Source: Eledone cirrhosa (lineage: Eukaryota). From it: a stretch of 64,000 bases of DNA. Below are positions 24,505-37,440 of the stretch, one piece after another. The stretch spans positions 5,952,001 to 6,016,000 of the forward strand of contig OZ024741.1 of assembly GCA_964016885.1 (NCBI GenBank), given 5' to 3'. Under the pieces are notes generated by a model. The model saw only the letters and a program-made list of their open reading frames with translations. It had not been told where the DNA came from and did not search any database. Both the position numbers and the translations under genes were made by a program. Each line of letters begins with the position of its first letter. The stretch's first letter is position 1.

Positions 24505-25490
24505 TTTGTGTCAATAGGGCAGCACCCCAAAAGCAAGAAAGGGAGGGCTTGTTTCAATAGGGCAGCACCCCAAAAGGAAGAAAGGGAAGGCTTGTTTCAA
24601 TAGGGCAGCACCCCTAATGGAAGAAAGGGAACGTTTGTTTCAATAGGGCAGCACACCTAAAGGAAGAAAGGGAACGCTTGTTTCAATAGGGCAGCACCCC
24701 AAAAGGAAGAAAGGGAAGGCTTATTTCAATAGGGCAGCCCACCAAAATGAAGAAAGGGAAGGCTTGTTTCAATAGGACAGCACCCCAAAAGGAAGAAAGG
24801 GAACGTTCGTTTCAATAGGGCAGCACCCGAAAAGGAAGAAAAGGAAGGCGTGTTTCAATAGGGCAGCATCCCAAAAGGAAGAAAGGGAACGCTTGTTTCA
24901 ATAGGGCAGCACCCCAAAAGGAAGAAAGGGAAGGCTTGTTTCAATAGGGCAGCACCCCAAAAGGAAGAAAGGGAACGTTTGTGTCAATAGGGCAGCACCC
25001 CAGAAGGAAGAAAGGGAACGCTTGTGTCAATAGGGCAGCACCCCAAAAGCAAGAAAGGGAGGGCTTGTTTCAATAGGGCAGCACCCCAAAAGGAAGAAAG
25101 GGAAGGCTTGTTTCAATAGGGCAGCACCCCTAATGGAAGAAAGGGAACGTTTGTTTCAATAGGGCAGCACACCTAAAGGAAGAAAGGGAACGCTTGTTTC
25201 AATAGGGCAGCACCCCAAAAGGAAGAAAGGGAAGGCTTATTTCAATAGGGCAGCCCACCAAAATGAAGAAAGGGAAGGCTTGTTTCAATAGGACAGCACC
25301 CCAAAAGGAAGAAAGGGAACGTTCGTTTCAATAGGGCAGCACCCGAAAAGGAAGAAAAGGAAGGCGTGTTTCAATAGGGCAGCATCCCAAAAGGAAGAAA
25401 GGGAACGCTTGTTTCAATAGGGCAGCACCCCAAAAGGAAGAAAGGGAAGGCTTGTTTCAATAGGGCAGCACCCCAAAAGGAAGAAAGGGA
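24505..25490. repeat. Local duplication with 516-bp (12-monomer) offset
   Basis: The AAGCAAG variant (C at 24534 and 25050) and the AACGTTCGTTTC variant (C at 24808 and 25324) are both offset by 516 = 12x43. Confidence 0.85.
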
Positions 25491-28400
25491 AGGCTTGTTT
25501 CAATAGAGCAGCTCCCCAAAACGTAGTAAGGGAAAGCTTGTTTCAATAGGGCAGCATCCCAAAAGGAAGAAAGGGAGGGCTTGTTTCAATAGGGCAGCAC
25601 CCCAAAACGAAGAACGGGAAGGCTTGTTTCAATAGGGCAGCACCCCAAAAGGAAGAAAGGGGACGCTGGTGTCAATAGGACAGCACCCCAAAAGGAAGAA
25701 AGGCATGGCTTATTTCAATAGGCAGCATCCTAAAAGGAAGAAAGGGAACGTTTGTTTCAATAGGGCAGCACCCCAGAAGGAAGAAAGGGAACGCTTGTGT
25801 CAATAGGGCAGCACCCCAAAAGGAAGAAAAGGAAGGCTTGTTTCAATAGGGCAGCACCCCAAAAGGAAGAAAGGGAAGGCTTGTTTCAATAGGGCAGCAC
25901 CCCTAATGGAAGAAAGGGAACGTTTGTTTCAATAGGGCAGCACACCTAAAGGAAGAAAGGGAACGCTTGTTTCAATAGGGCAGCACCCCTATAGTAAGAA
26001 AGGGAACGCTTGTTTCAATAGGGCAGCTCCCCAAAAGGAAGAAAGGGAAGGCTTGTTTCAATAGGGCAGCACCCCAAAAGGAAGAAAAGGAAGGCTTATT
26101 TCAATAGGGCAGCCCACCAAAATGAAGAAAGGGAAGGCTTGTTTCAATAGGACAGCACCCCAAAAGGAAGAAAGGGAACGTTTGTTTCAATAGGGCAGCA
26201 CCCGAAAAGGAAGAAAAGGAAGGCGTGTTTCAATACGGCAGCATCCCAAAAGGAAGAAAGGGAACGCTTGTTTCAATAGGGCAGCACCCCAAAAGGAAGA
26301 AACGGAAGGCTTGTTTCAATAGGGCAGCACCCCAAAAGGAAGAAAGGGAAGGCTTGTTTCAATAGGGCAGCTCCCCAAAACGTAGTAAGGGAAAGCTTGT
26401 TTCAATAGGGCAGCATCCCAAAAGGAAGAAAGGGAAGGCTTGTTTCAATAGGGCAGCACCCCAAAACGAAGAACGGGAAGGCTTGTTTCAATAGGGCAGC
26501 ACCCCAAAAGGAAGAAAGGGGACGCTGGTTTCAATAGGACAGCACCCCAAAAGGAAGAAAGGGAAGGCTTATTTCAATAGGCAGCATCCTAAAAGGAAGA
26601 AAGGGAACGTTTGTTTCAATAGGGCAGCACCCCAGAAGGAAGAAAGGGAACGCTTGTGTCAATAGGGCAGCAACCCAAAAGGAAGAAAAGGAAGGCTTGT
26701 TTCAATAGGGCAGCAAACCAAAAGGAAGAAAGGGAAGGCTTGTTTCAATAGGGCAGCACCCCTAAAGGAAGAAAGGGAACGTTTGTTTCAATAGGGCAGC
26801 ACACCTAAAGGAAGAAAGGGAACGCTTGTTTCAATAGGGCAGCACCCCAAAAGGAAGAAAGGGAACGCTTGTTTCAATAGGGCAGCTCCCCAAAAGGAAG
26901 AAAGGGAAGGCTTGTTTCAATAGGGCAGCACCCCAAAAGGAAGAATGGGAACGATTGTTTCAATAGGGCAGCTCCCCAAAAGGAAGAAAGGGAACGCTTG
27001 TTTCAATAGGGCAGCTCCCCAAAAGGAAGAAAGGGAACGCTTGTTTCAATAGGGCAGCTCCCCAAAAGGAAGAAAGGGAACGCTTGTTTCAATAGGGCAG
27101 CTCCCCAAAAGGAAGAAAGGGAAGGCTTGTTTCAATAGGGCAGCACCCCAAAAGGAAGAATGGGAACGCTTGTTTCAATAGGGCAGCTCCCCAAAAGGAA
27201 GAAAGGGAAGGCTTGTTTCAATAGGGCAGCACCCCAAAAGGAAGAATGGGAACGCTTGTTTCAATAGGGCAGCTCCCCAAAAGGAAGAAAGGGAAGGCTT
27301 GTTTCAATAGGGCAGCACCCCAAAAGGAAGAAAGGGAAGGCTTATTTCAATAGGGCAGCCCACCAAAATGAAGAAAGGGAAGGCTTGTTTCAATAGGACA
27401 GCACCCCAAAAGGAAGAAAGGGAACGTTTGTTTCAATAGGGCAGCATCCTTAAAAGAAGAAAGGGAACGCTTGTTTCAATAGGGCAGCACCCCTATAGTA
27501 AGAAAGGGAACGCTTGTTTCAATAGGGCAGCACCCCAAAAGGAAGAAAGGGAACGTTTGTTTCAATAGGGCAGCACACCTAAAGGAAGAAAGGGAACGCT
27601 TGTTTCAATAGGGCATCACCCCAAAAGGAAGAAAGCGAACGCTTGTTTCAATAGGGCAGCACCCCAAAAGGAAGAATGGGAACGCTTGTTTCAATAGGGC
27701 AGCTCCCCAAAAGGAAGAAAGGGAAGGCTTGTTTCAATAGGGCAGCACCCCAAAAGGAAGAAAGGGAAGGCTTATTTCAATACGGCAGCCCACCAAAATG
27801 AAGAAAGGGAACGTTTGTGTCAATAGGGCAGCACCCAAAAGGAAGAAAGGGAAGGCTTGTTTCAATAGGGCAGCACCCCAAAACGAAGAACAGGAAGGCT
27901 TGTTTCAATAGGGCAGCACCCCAAAAGGAAGAAAGGGAACGTTTGTTTCAATAGGACAGCACCCGAAAAGGAAGAAAGGGAATGCGTGTTTCAATAGGGC
28001 AACATCCCAAAAGGAAGAAAGGGAACGATTGTTTCAATAGGGCAGCATCCCAAAAGGAAGAAAGGGAACGTTTGTTTAAATAGGGCAGCATCCCAGAAGG
28101 AAGAACGGGGACGCTGGTGTCAATAGGGCAGCACCCCAAAAGGAAGAAAGGGAGGCTTATTTCAATAGGCAGCATCCTAAAAGGAAGAAAGGGAACGTTT
28201 GTTTCAATAGGGCAGCACCCCAGAAGGAAGAAAGGGAATGCTTGTGTCAATAGGGCAGCACCCCAAAAGCAAGAAAGGGAGGGCTTGTTTCAATAGGGCA
28301 GCACCCCAAAAGGAAGAAAGGGAAGGCTTGTTTCAATAGGGCAGCACCCCTAAAGGAAGAAAGGGAACGTTTGTTTCAATAGGGCAGCACACCTAAAGGA

Positions 28401-31400
28401 AGAAAGGGAACGCTTGTTTCAATAGGGCAGCACCCCAAAAGGAAGAATGGGAACGCTTGTTTCAATAGGGCAGCTCCCCAAAAGGAAGAAAGGGAAGGCT
28501 TATTTCAATAGGACAGCACCCCAAAAGGAAGAAAGGGAACGTTTGTTTCAATAGGGCAGCACCCTAAAAGGAAGAAAAGGAAGGCGTGTTTCAATAGGGC
28601 AGCACCCCAAAAGGAAGAAAGGGAAGGCTTGTTTCAATAGGGCAGCACCCGAAAAGGAAGAAAGGGAAGGCTTGTTTCAATAGGGCAGCTCCCCAAAACG
28701 TAGTAAGGGAAGGCTTGTTTCAATAGGGCAGCACCCCAAAACGAAGAACGTGAAGGCTTGATCCAATAGGGCAGCACCCCAAAAGGAAGAAAGGGAACGT
28801 TTGTTTCAATAGGGCAGCATCCGAAAGGAAGAAAGGGAACGTTTGTTTCAATAGGGCAGCACCCCAGAAGGAAGAAAGGGGACGCTGGTGTCAATAGGGC
28901 AGCACCCCAAAATGAAGAAAGGGAAGGCTTAATTCAATAGGCAGCATCCTAAAAGGAAGAAAGGGAACGTTTGTTTCAATAGGGCAGCACCCCAGAAGGA
29001 AGAAAGGGAACGCTTGTGTCAATAGGGCAGCACCCCAAAAGGAAGAAAAGGAAGGCTTGTTTCAATAGGGCAGCACACCAAAAGGAAGAAAGGGAAGGCT
29101 TGTTTCAATAGGGCAGCTCCCCAAAAGGAAGAGAGGGAAGGCTTATTTCAATAGGGCAGCACCCGAAAAGGAAGAAAAGGAAGGCGTGTTTCAATAGGGC
29201 AGCATCCCAAAAGGAAGAAAGGGAACGCTTATTTCAATAGGGCAGCACCCCAAAAGGAAGAAAGGGAAGGCTTGTTTCAATAGGGCAGCAACCCAAAAGG
29301 AATAAAGGGAAGGCTTGTTTCAATAGGGCAGCTCCCCAAAACGTAGTAAGGGAAGGCTTGTTTCAATAGGGCAGCACCCTTAAAAGAAGAAAGGGAACGC
29401 TTGTTTCAATAGGGCAGCACCCCTATAGTAAGAAAGGGAAGGCTTATTTCAATAGGCAGCATCTTAAAAGGAAGAAAGGGAACGTTTGTTTCAATAGGGC
29501 AGCACCCCAGAAGGAAGAAAGGGAACGCTTGTGTCAATAGGGCAGCACCCCAAAAGCAAGAAAGGGAGGGCTTGTTTCAATAGGGCAGCACCCCAAAAGG
29601 AAGAAAGGGAAGGCTTGTTTCAATAGGGCAGCACCCCTAATGGAAGAAAGGGAACGTTTGTTTCAATAGGGCAGCACACCTAAAGGAAGAAAGGGAACGC
29701 TTGTTTCAATAGGGCAGCACCCCAAAAGGAAGAAAGGGAAGGCTTATTTCAATAGGGCAGCCCACCAAAATGAAGAAAGGGAAGGCTTGTTTCAATAGGA
29801 CAGCACCCCAAAAGGAAGAAAGGGAACGTTCGTTTCAATAGGGCAGCACCCGAAAAGGAAGAAAAGGAAGGCGTGTTTCAATAGGGCAGCATCCCAAAAG
29901 GAAGAAAGGGAACGCTTGTTTCAATAGGGCAGCACCCCAAAAGGAAGAAAGGGAAGGCTTGTTTCAATAGGGCAGCACCCCAAAAGGAAGAAAGGGAAGG
30001 CTTGTTTCAATAGAGCAGCTCCCCAAAACGTAGTAAGGGAAAGCTTGTTTCAATAGGGCAGCATCCCAAAAGGAAAAAGGGAGGGCTTGTTTCAATAGGG
30101 CAGCACCCCAAAACGAAGAACGGGAAGGCTTGTTTCAATAGGGCAGCACCCCAAAAGGATGAAAGGGGACGCTGGTGTCAATAGGACAGCACCCCAAAAG
30201 GAAGAAAGGCATGGCTTATTTCAATAGGCAGCATCCTAAAAGGAAGAAAGGGAACGTTTGTTTCAATAGGGCAGCACCCCAGAAGGAAGAAAGGGAACGC
30301 TTGTGTCAATAGGGCAGCACCCCAAAAGAAAGAAAAGGAAGGCTTGTTTCAATAGGGCAGCACACCAAAAGGAAGAAAGGGAAGGCGTGTTTCAATAGGG
30401 CAGCACCCCTAAATGAAGAATGGGAACGCTTGTTTCAATAGGGCAGCTCCCCAAAAGGAAGAAAGGGAAGGCTTGTTTCAATAGGCCAGCTCCCCAAAAG
30501 GAAGAAAGGGAAGGCTTATTTCAATAGGGCAGCACCCGAAAAGGAAGAAAAGGAAGGCGTGTTTCAATAGGGCAGCATCCCAAAAGGAAGAAAGGGAAGG
30601 CTTGTTTCAATAGGGCAGCTCCCCAAAAGGAAGAAAGGGAAGGCTTATTTCAATAGGGCAGCACCCGAAAAGGAAGAAAAGGAAGGCGTGTTTCAATAGG
30701 GCAGCACCCCAAAAGGAAGAAAGGGAACGCTTGTTTCAATAGGGCAGCTCCCCAAAAGGAAGAAAGGGAAGGCTTGTTTCAATAGGGCAGCACCCCAAAA
30801 GGAAGAATGGGAACGCTTGTTTCAATAGGGCAGCTCCCCAAAAGGAAGAAAGGGAACGCTTGTTTCAATAGGGCAGCTCCCCAAAAGGAAGAAAGGGAAC
30901 GCTTGTTTCAATAGGGCAGCTCCCCAAAAGGAAGAAAGGGAACGCTTGTTTCAATAGGGCAGCTCCCCAAAAGGAAGAAAGGGAAGGCTTGTTTCAATAG
31001 GGCAGCACCCCAAAAGGAAGAATGGGAACGCTTGTTTCAATAGGGCAGCTCCCCAAAAGGAAGAAAGGGAAGGCTTGTTTCAATAGGGCAGCACCCCACA
31101 AGGAAGAATGGGAACGCTTGTTTCAATAGGGCAGCTCCCCAAAAGGAAGAAAGGGAAGGCTTGTTTCAATAGGGCAGCACCTCAAAAGGAAGAAAGGGAA
31201 GGCTTATTTCAATAGGGCAGCCTACCAAAATGAAGAAAGGGAAGGCTTGTTTCAATAGGACAGCACCCCAAAAGGAAGAAAGGGAACGTTTGTTTCAATA
31301 GGGCAGCACCCGAAAAGGAAGAAAAGGAAGGCGTGTTTCAATAGGGCAGCATCACAAAAGGAAGAAAGGGAACGCTTATTTCAATAGGGCAGCACCCCAA

Positions 31401-34400
31401 AAGGAAGAAAGGGAAGGCTTGTTTCAATAGGGCAGCACCCCAAAAGGAAGAAACGGAAGGCTTGTTTCAATGGGGCAGGTCCCCAAAACGTAGTAAGGGA
31501 AGGCTTGTTTCAATAGGGCAGCACCCTTAAAAGAAGAAAGGGAACGCTTGTTTCAATAGGGCAGCACCCCTATAGTAAGAAAGGGAACGCTTGTTTCAAT
31601 AGGGCAGCACCCCAAAAGGAAGAAAGGGAACGTTTGTTTCAATAGGGCAGCACACCTAAAGGAAGAAAGGGAACGCTTGTTTCAATAGGGCATCACCCCA
31701 AAAGGAAGAAAGCGAACGCTTGTTTCAATAGGGCAGCACCCCAAAAGGAAGAATGGGAACGCTTGTTTCAATAGGGCAGCTCCCCAAAAGGAAGAAAGGG
31801 AAGGCTTGTTTCAATAGGGCAGCACCCCAAAAGGAAGAAAGGGAAGGCTTATTTCAATAGGGCAGCCCACCAAAATGAAGAAAGGGAACGTTTGTGTCAA
31901 TAGAGCAGCACCCAAAAGGAAGAAAGGGAAGGCTTGTTTCAATAGGGCAGCACCCCAAAACGAAGAACAGGAAGGCTTGTTTCAATAGGGCAGCACCCCA
32001 AAAGGAAGAAAGGGAATGCGTGTTTCAATAGGGCAACATCCCAAAAGGAAGAAAGGGAACGATTGTTTCAATAGGGCAGCATCCCAAAAGGAAGAAAGGG
32101 AACGTTTGTTTCAATAGGGCAGCACCCCAAAAGCAAGAAAGGGAGGGCTGGTTTCAATAGGGCAGCATCCCAAAAGGAAGAAAGGGAAGGCTTGTTTCAA
32201 TAGGGCAGCACCCCTAAAGGAAGAAAGGGAACGTTTGTTTCAATAGGGCAGCACCCCAAAAGGAAGAATGGGAACGATTCTTTCAATAGGGCAGCTCCCC
32301 AAAAGGAAGAAAGGGAAGGCTTATTTCAATAGGACAGCACCCCAAAAGGAAGAAAGGGAACGTTTTTTTCAATAGGGCAGCACCCTAAAAGGAAGAAAAG
32401 GAAGGCGTGTTTCAATAGGGCAGCATCCCAAAAGAAGAAAGGGAACGCTTGTTTCAATAGGGCAGCACCCCAAAAGGAAGAAAGGGAAGGCTTGTTTCAA
32501 TACTGCAGCACCCCAAAAGGAAGAAAGGGAAGGCTTGTTTCAATAGGGCAGCTCCCCAAAACGTAGTAAGGGAAGGCTTGTTTCAATAGGGCAGCATCCC
32601 AAAAGGAAGAAAGGGAAGGCTTGTTTCAATAGGGCAGCACCCCAAAACGAAGAACGTGAAGGCTCGTTTCAATAGGGCAGCACCCCAAAAGGAAGAAAGG
32701 GAACGTTTGTTTCAATAGGGCAGCATCCGAAAGGAAGAAAGGGAACGTTTGTTTCAATAGGGCAGCACCCCAGAAGGAAGAAAGGGGACGCTGGTGTCAA
32801 TAGGGCAGCACCCCAAAAGAAAGAAAGGGAAGGCTTAATTCAATAGGCAGCATCCTAAAAGGAAGAAAGGGAACGTTTGTTTCAATAGGGCAGCACCCCA
32901 GAAGGAAGAAAGGGAACGCTTGTGTCAATAGGGCAGCACCCCAAAAGGAAGAAAAGGAAGGCTTGTTTCAATAGGGCAGCACACCAAAAGGAAGAAAGGA
33001 AAGGCTTGTTTCAATAGGGCAGCTCCCCAAAAGGAAGAAAGGGAAGGCTTATTTCAATAGGGCAGCACCCGAAAAGGAAGAAAAGGAAGGCGTGTTTCAA
33101 TACGGCAGCATCCCAAAAGGAAGAAAGGGAACGCTTATTTCAATAGGGCAGCACCCCAAAAGGAAGAAAGGGAAGGCTTGTTTCAATAGGGCAGCAACCC
33201 AAAAGGAATAAAGGGAAGGCTTGTTTCAATAGGGCAGCTCCCCAAAACGTAGTAAGGGAAGGCTTGTTTCAATAGGGCAGCACCCTTAAAAGAAGAAAGG
33301 GAACGCTTGTTTCAATATGGCAGCACCCCTATAGTAAGAAAGGGAACGCTTGTTTCAATAGGGCAGCACCCCAAAAGGAAGAAAGGGAACGTTTGTTTCA
33401 ATAGGGCAGCACACCTAAAGGAAGAAAGGGAACGCTTGTTTCAATAGGGCATCACCCCAAAAGGAAGAAAGCGAACGCTTGTTTCAATAGGGCAGCACCC
33501 CAAAAGGAAGAATGGGAACGCTTGTTTCAATAGGGCAGCTCCCCAAAAGGAAGAAAGGGAAGGCTTGTTTCAATAGGGCAGCACCCCAAAAGGAAGAAAG
33601 GGAAGGCTTATTTCAATAGGGCAGCCCACCAAAATGAAGAAAGGGAACGTTTGTGTCAATAGGGCAGCACCCAAAAGGAAGAAAGGGAAGGCTTGTTTCA
33701 ATAGGGCAGCACCCCAAAACGAAGAACAGGAAGGCTTGTTTCAATAGGGCAGCACCCCAAAAGGAAGAAAGGGAATGCGTGTTTCAATAGGACAACATCC
33801 CAAAAGGAAGAAAGGGAACGATTGTTTCAATAGGGCAGCATCCCAAAAGGAAGAAAGGGAACGTTTGTTTAAATAGGGCAGCATCCCAGAAGGAAGAAGG
33901 GGGACGCTGGTGCCAATAGGGCAGCACCCCAAAAGGAAGAAAGGGACGCTTATTTCAATAGGCAGCATCCTAAAAGGAAGAAAGGGAACGTTTGTTTCAA
34001 TAGGGCAGCACCCCAGAAGGAAGAAAGGGAATGCTTGTGTCAATAGGGCAGCACCCCAAAAGCAAGAAAGGGAGGGCTGGTTTCAATAGGGCAGCACCCC
34101 AAAAGGAAGAAAGGGAAGGCTTGTTTCAATAGAGCAGCACCCCTAAAGGAAGAAAGGGAACGTTTGTTTCAATAGGGCAGCACCCCAAAAGGAAGAATGG
34201 GAACGCTTGTTTCAATAGGGCAGCTCCCCAAAAGGAAGAAAGGGAAGGCTTATTTCAATAGGACAGCACCCCAAAAGGAAGAAAGGGAACGTTTGTTTCA
34301 ATAGGGCAGCACCCTAAAAGGAAGAAAAGGAAGGCGTGTTTCAATAGGGCAGCATCCCAAAAGAAGAAAGGGAACGCTTGTTTCAATAGGGCAGCACCCC

Positions 34401-36841
34401 AAAAGGAAGAAAGGGAAGGCTTGTTTCAATACTGCAGCACCCCAAAAGGAAGAAAGGGAAGGCTTGTTTCAATAGGGCAGCTCCCCAAAACGTAGTAAGG
34501 GAAGGCTTGTTTCAATAGGGCAGCATCCCAAAAGGAAGAAAGGGAAGGCTTGTTTCAATAGGGCAGCACCCCAAAACGAAGAACGTGAAGGCTTGTTTCA
34601 ATAGGGCAGCACCCCAAAAGGAAGAAAGGGAACGTTTGTTTCAATAGGGCAGCATCTGAAAGGAAGAAAGGGAACGTTTGTTTCAATAGGGCAGCACCCC
34701 AGAAGGAAGAAAGGGGACGCTGGTATCAATAGGGCAGCACCCCAAAAGGAAGAAAGGGAAGGCTTAATTCAAAAGGCAGCATCCTAAAAGGAAGAAAGGG
34801 AACGTTTATTTCAATAGGGCAGCACCCCAAAAGGAAGAAAAGGAAGGTTTGTTTCAATAGGGCAGCACACCAAAAGGAAGAAAGGGAAGGCTTGTTTCAA
34901 TAGGGCAGCTCCCCAAAAGGAAGAAAGGGAAGGCTTATTTCAATAGGGCAGCACCCGAAAAGGAAGAAAAGGAAGGCGTGTTTCAATAGGGCAGCATCCC
35001 AAAAGGAAGAAAGGGAACGCTTATTTCAATAGGGCAGCACCCCAAAAGGAAGAAAGGGAAGGCTTGTTTCAATAGGGCAGCAACCCAAAAGGAATAAAGG
35101 GAAGGCTTGTTTCAATAGGGCAGCTCCCCAAAACGTGGTAAGGGAAGGCTTGTTTCAATAGGGCAGCACCCTTAAAAGAAGAAAGGGAACGCTTGTTTCA
35201 ATAGGGCAGCACCCCTATAGTAAGAAAGGGAAGGCTTATTTCAATAGGCAGCATCTTAAAAGGAAGAAAGGGAACGTTGGTTTCAATAGGGCAGCACCCC
35301 AGAAGGAAGAAAGGGAACGCTTGTGTCAGTAGGGCAGCACCCCAAAAGCAAGAAAGGGAGGGCTTGTTTCAATAGGGCAGCACCCCAAAAGGAAGAAAGG
35401 GAAGGCTTGTTTCAATAGGGCAGCACCCCTAATGGAAGAAAGGGAACGTTTGTTTCAATAGGGCAGCACACCTAAAGGAAGAAAGGGACGGCTTGTTTCA
35501 ATAGGGCAGCACCCCAAAAGGAAGAAAGGGAAGGCTTGTTTCAATAGGGCAGCACCCCAAAACGAAGAACGGGAAGGCTTGTTTCAATAGGGCAGCACCC
35601 CTATAAGAAGAAAGGGAACGCTTGTTTCAATAGGGCAGCACCCCTAAAGGAAGAAAGGGAACGCTTGTTTCAATAGGGCAGCACCCCAAAAGGAAGAAAG
35701 GGGAGGCTTGTTTCAATAAGGCAGCACCCCAAAAGGAAGAAAGGGAAGGCTTGTTTCAATAGGGCAGCACCCCAAAAGGAAGAAAGGGAAGGCTTGTTTC
35801 AATAGAGCAGCTCCCCAAAACGTAGTAAGGGAAAGCTTGTTTCAATAGGGCAGCATCCCAAAAGGAAGAAAGGGAGGGCTTGTTTCAATAGGGCAGCACC
35901 CCAAAACGAAGAACGGGAAGGCTTGTTTCAATAGGGCAGCACCCCAAAAGGAAGAAAGGGAACGCTTATTTCAATAGGGCAGCCCACCAAAATGAAGAAA
36001 GGGAAGGCTTGTTTCAATAGGACAGCACCCCAAAAGGAAGAAAGGGAACGTTTGTTTCAATAGGGCAGCACCCGAAAAGGAAGAAAAGGAAGGCGTGTTT
36101 CAATAGGGCAGCATCCCAAAAGGAAGAAAGGGAACGCTTGTTTCAATAGGGCAGCACCCCAAAAGGAAGAAAGGGAAGGCTTGTTTCAATAGGGCAGCAC
36201 CCCAAAAGGAAGAAAGGGAAGGCTTGTTTCAATAGGGCAGCTCCCCAAAACGTAGTAAGGGAAAGCTTGTTTCAATAGGGCAGCATCCCAAAAGGAAGAA
36301 AGGAAAGGCTTGTTTCAATAGGGCAGCACCCCAAAACGAAGAACGGGAAGGCTTGTTTCAATAGGGCAGCACCCCAAAAGGAAGAAAGGGGACGCTGGTG
36401 TCAATAGGACAGCACCCCAAAAGGAAGAAAGGGATGGCTTATTTCAATAGGCAGCATCCTAAAAGGAAGAAAGGGAACGTTTGTTTCAATAGGGCAGCAC
36501 CCCAGAAGGAAGAAAGGGAACGCTTGTGTCAATAGGGCAGCACCCCAAAAGGAAGAAAAGGAAGGCTTGTTTCAATAGGGCAGCACACCAAAAGGAAGAA
36601 AGGGAAGGCGTGTTTCAATAGGGCAGCACCCCTAAAGGAAGAATGGGAACGCTTGTTTCAATAGGGCAGCTCCCCAAAAGGAAGAAAGGGAAGGCTTGTT
36701 TCAATAGGCCAGCTCCCCAAAAGGAAGAAAGGGAAGGCTTATTTCAATAGGGCAGCACCCGAAAAGGAAGAAAAGGAAGGCGTGTTTCAATAGGGCAGCA
36801 TCCCAAAAGGAAGAAAGGGAAGGCTTGTTTCAATAGGGCAG

Positions 36842-37440
36842 CTCCCCTATAGTAAGAAAGGGACGGCTTATTTCAATAGGCAGCATCTTAAAAGGAAGAA
36901 AGGGAACGTTTGTTTCAATAGGGCAGCACCCCAGAAGGAAGAAAGGGAACGCTTGTGTCAATAGGGCAGCACCCCAAAAGCAAGAAAGGGAGGGCTTGTT
37001 TCAATAGGGCAGCACCCCAAAAGGAAGAAAGGGAAGGCTTGTTTCAATAGGGCAGCACCCCTAATGGAAGAAAGGGAACGTTTGTTTCAATAGGGCAGCA
37101 CACCTAAAGGAAGAAAGGGAACGCTTGTTTCAATAGGGCAGCACCCCTATAGTAAGAAAGGGACGGCTTATTTCAATAGGCAGCATCTTAAAAGGAAGAA
37201 AGGGAACGTTTGTTTCAATAGGGCAGCACCCCAGAAGGAAGAAAGGGAACGCTTGTGTCAATAGGGCAGCACCCCAAAAGCAAGAAAGGGAGGGCTTGTT
37301 TCAATAGGGCAGCACCCCAAAAGGAAGAAAGGGAAGGCTTGTTTCAATAGGGCAGCACCCCTAATGGAATAAAGGGAACGTTTGTTTCAATAGGGCAGCA
37401 CACCTAAAGGAAGAAAGTGAACGCTTGTTTCAATAGGGCA
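36842..37440. repeat. Local tandem duplication of a 300-bp block (7 monomers, one of 42 bp)
   Basis: Lines starting 36841 and 37141 are in the same register and nearly identical (CCCCTATAGTAAGAAAGGGACGGCTTATTTCAATAGGCAGCATCTT). Confidence 0.9.
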
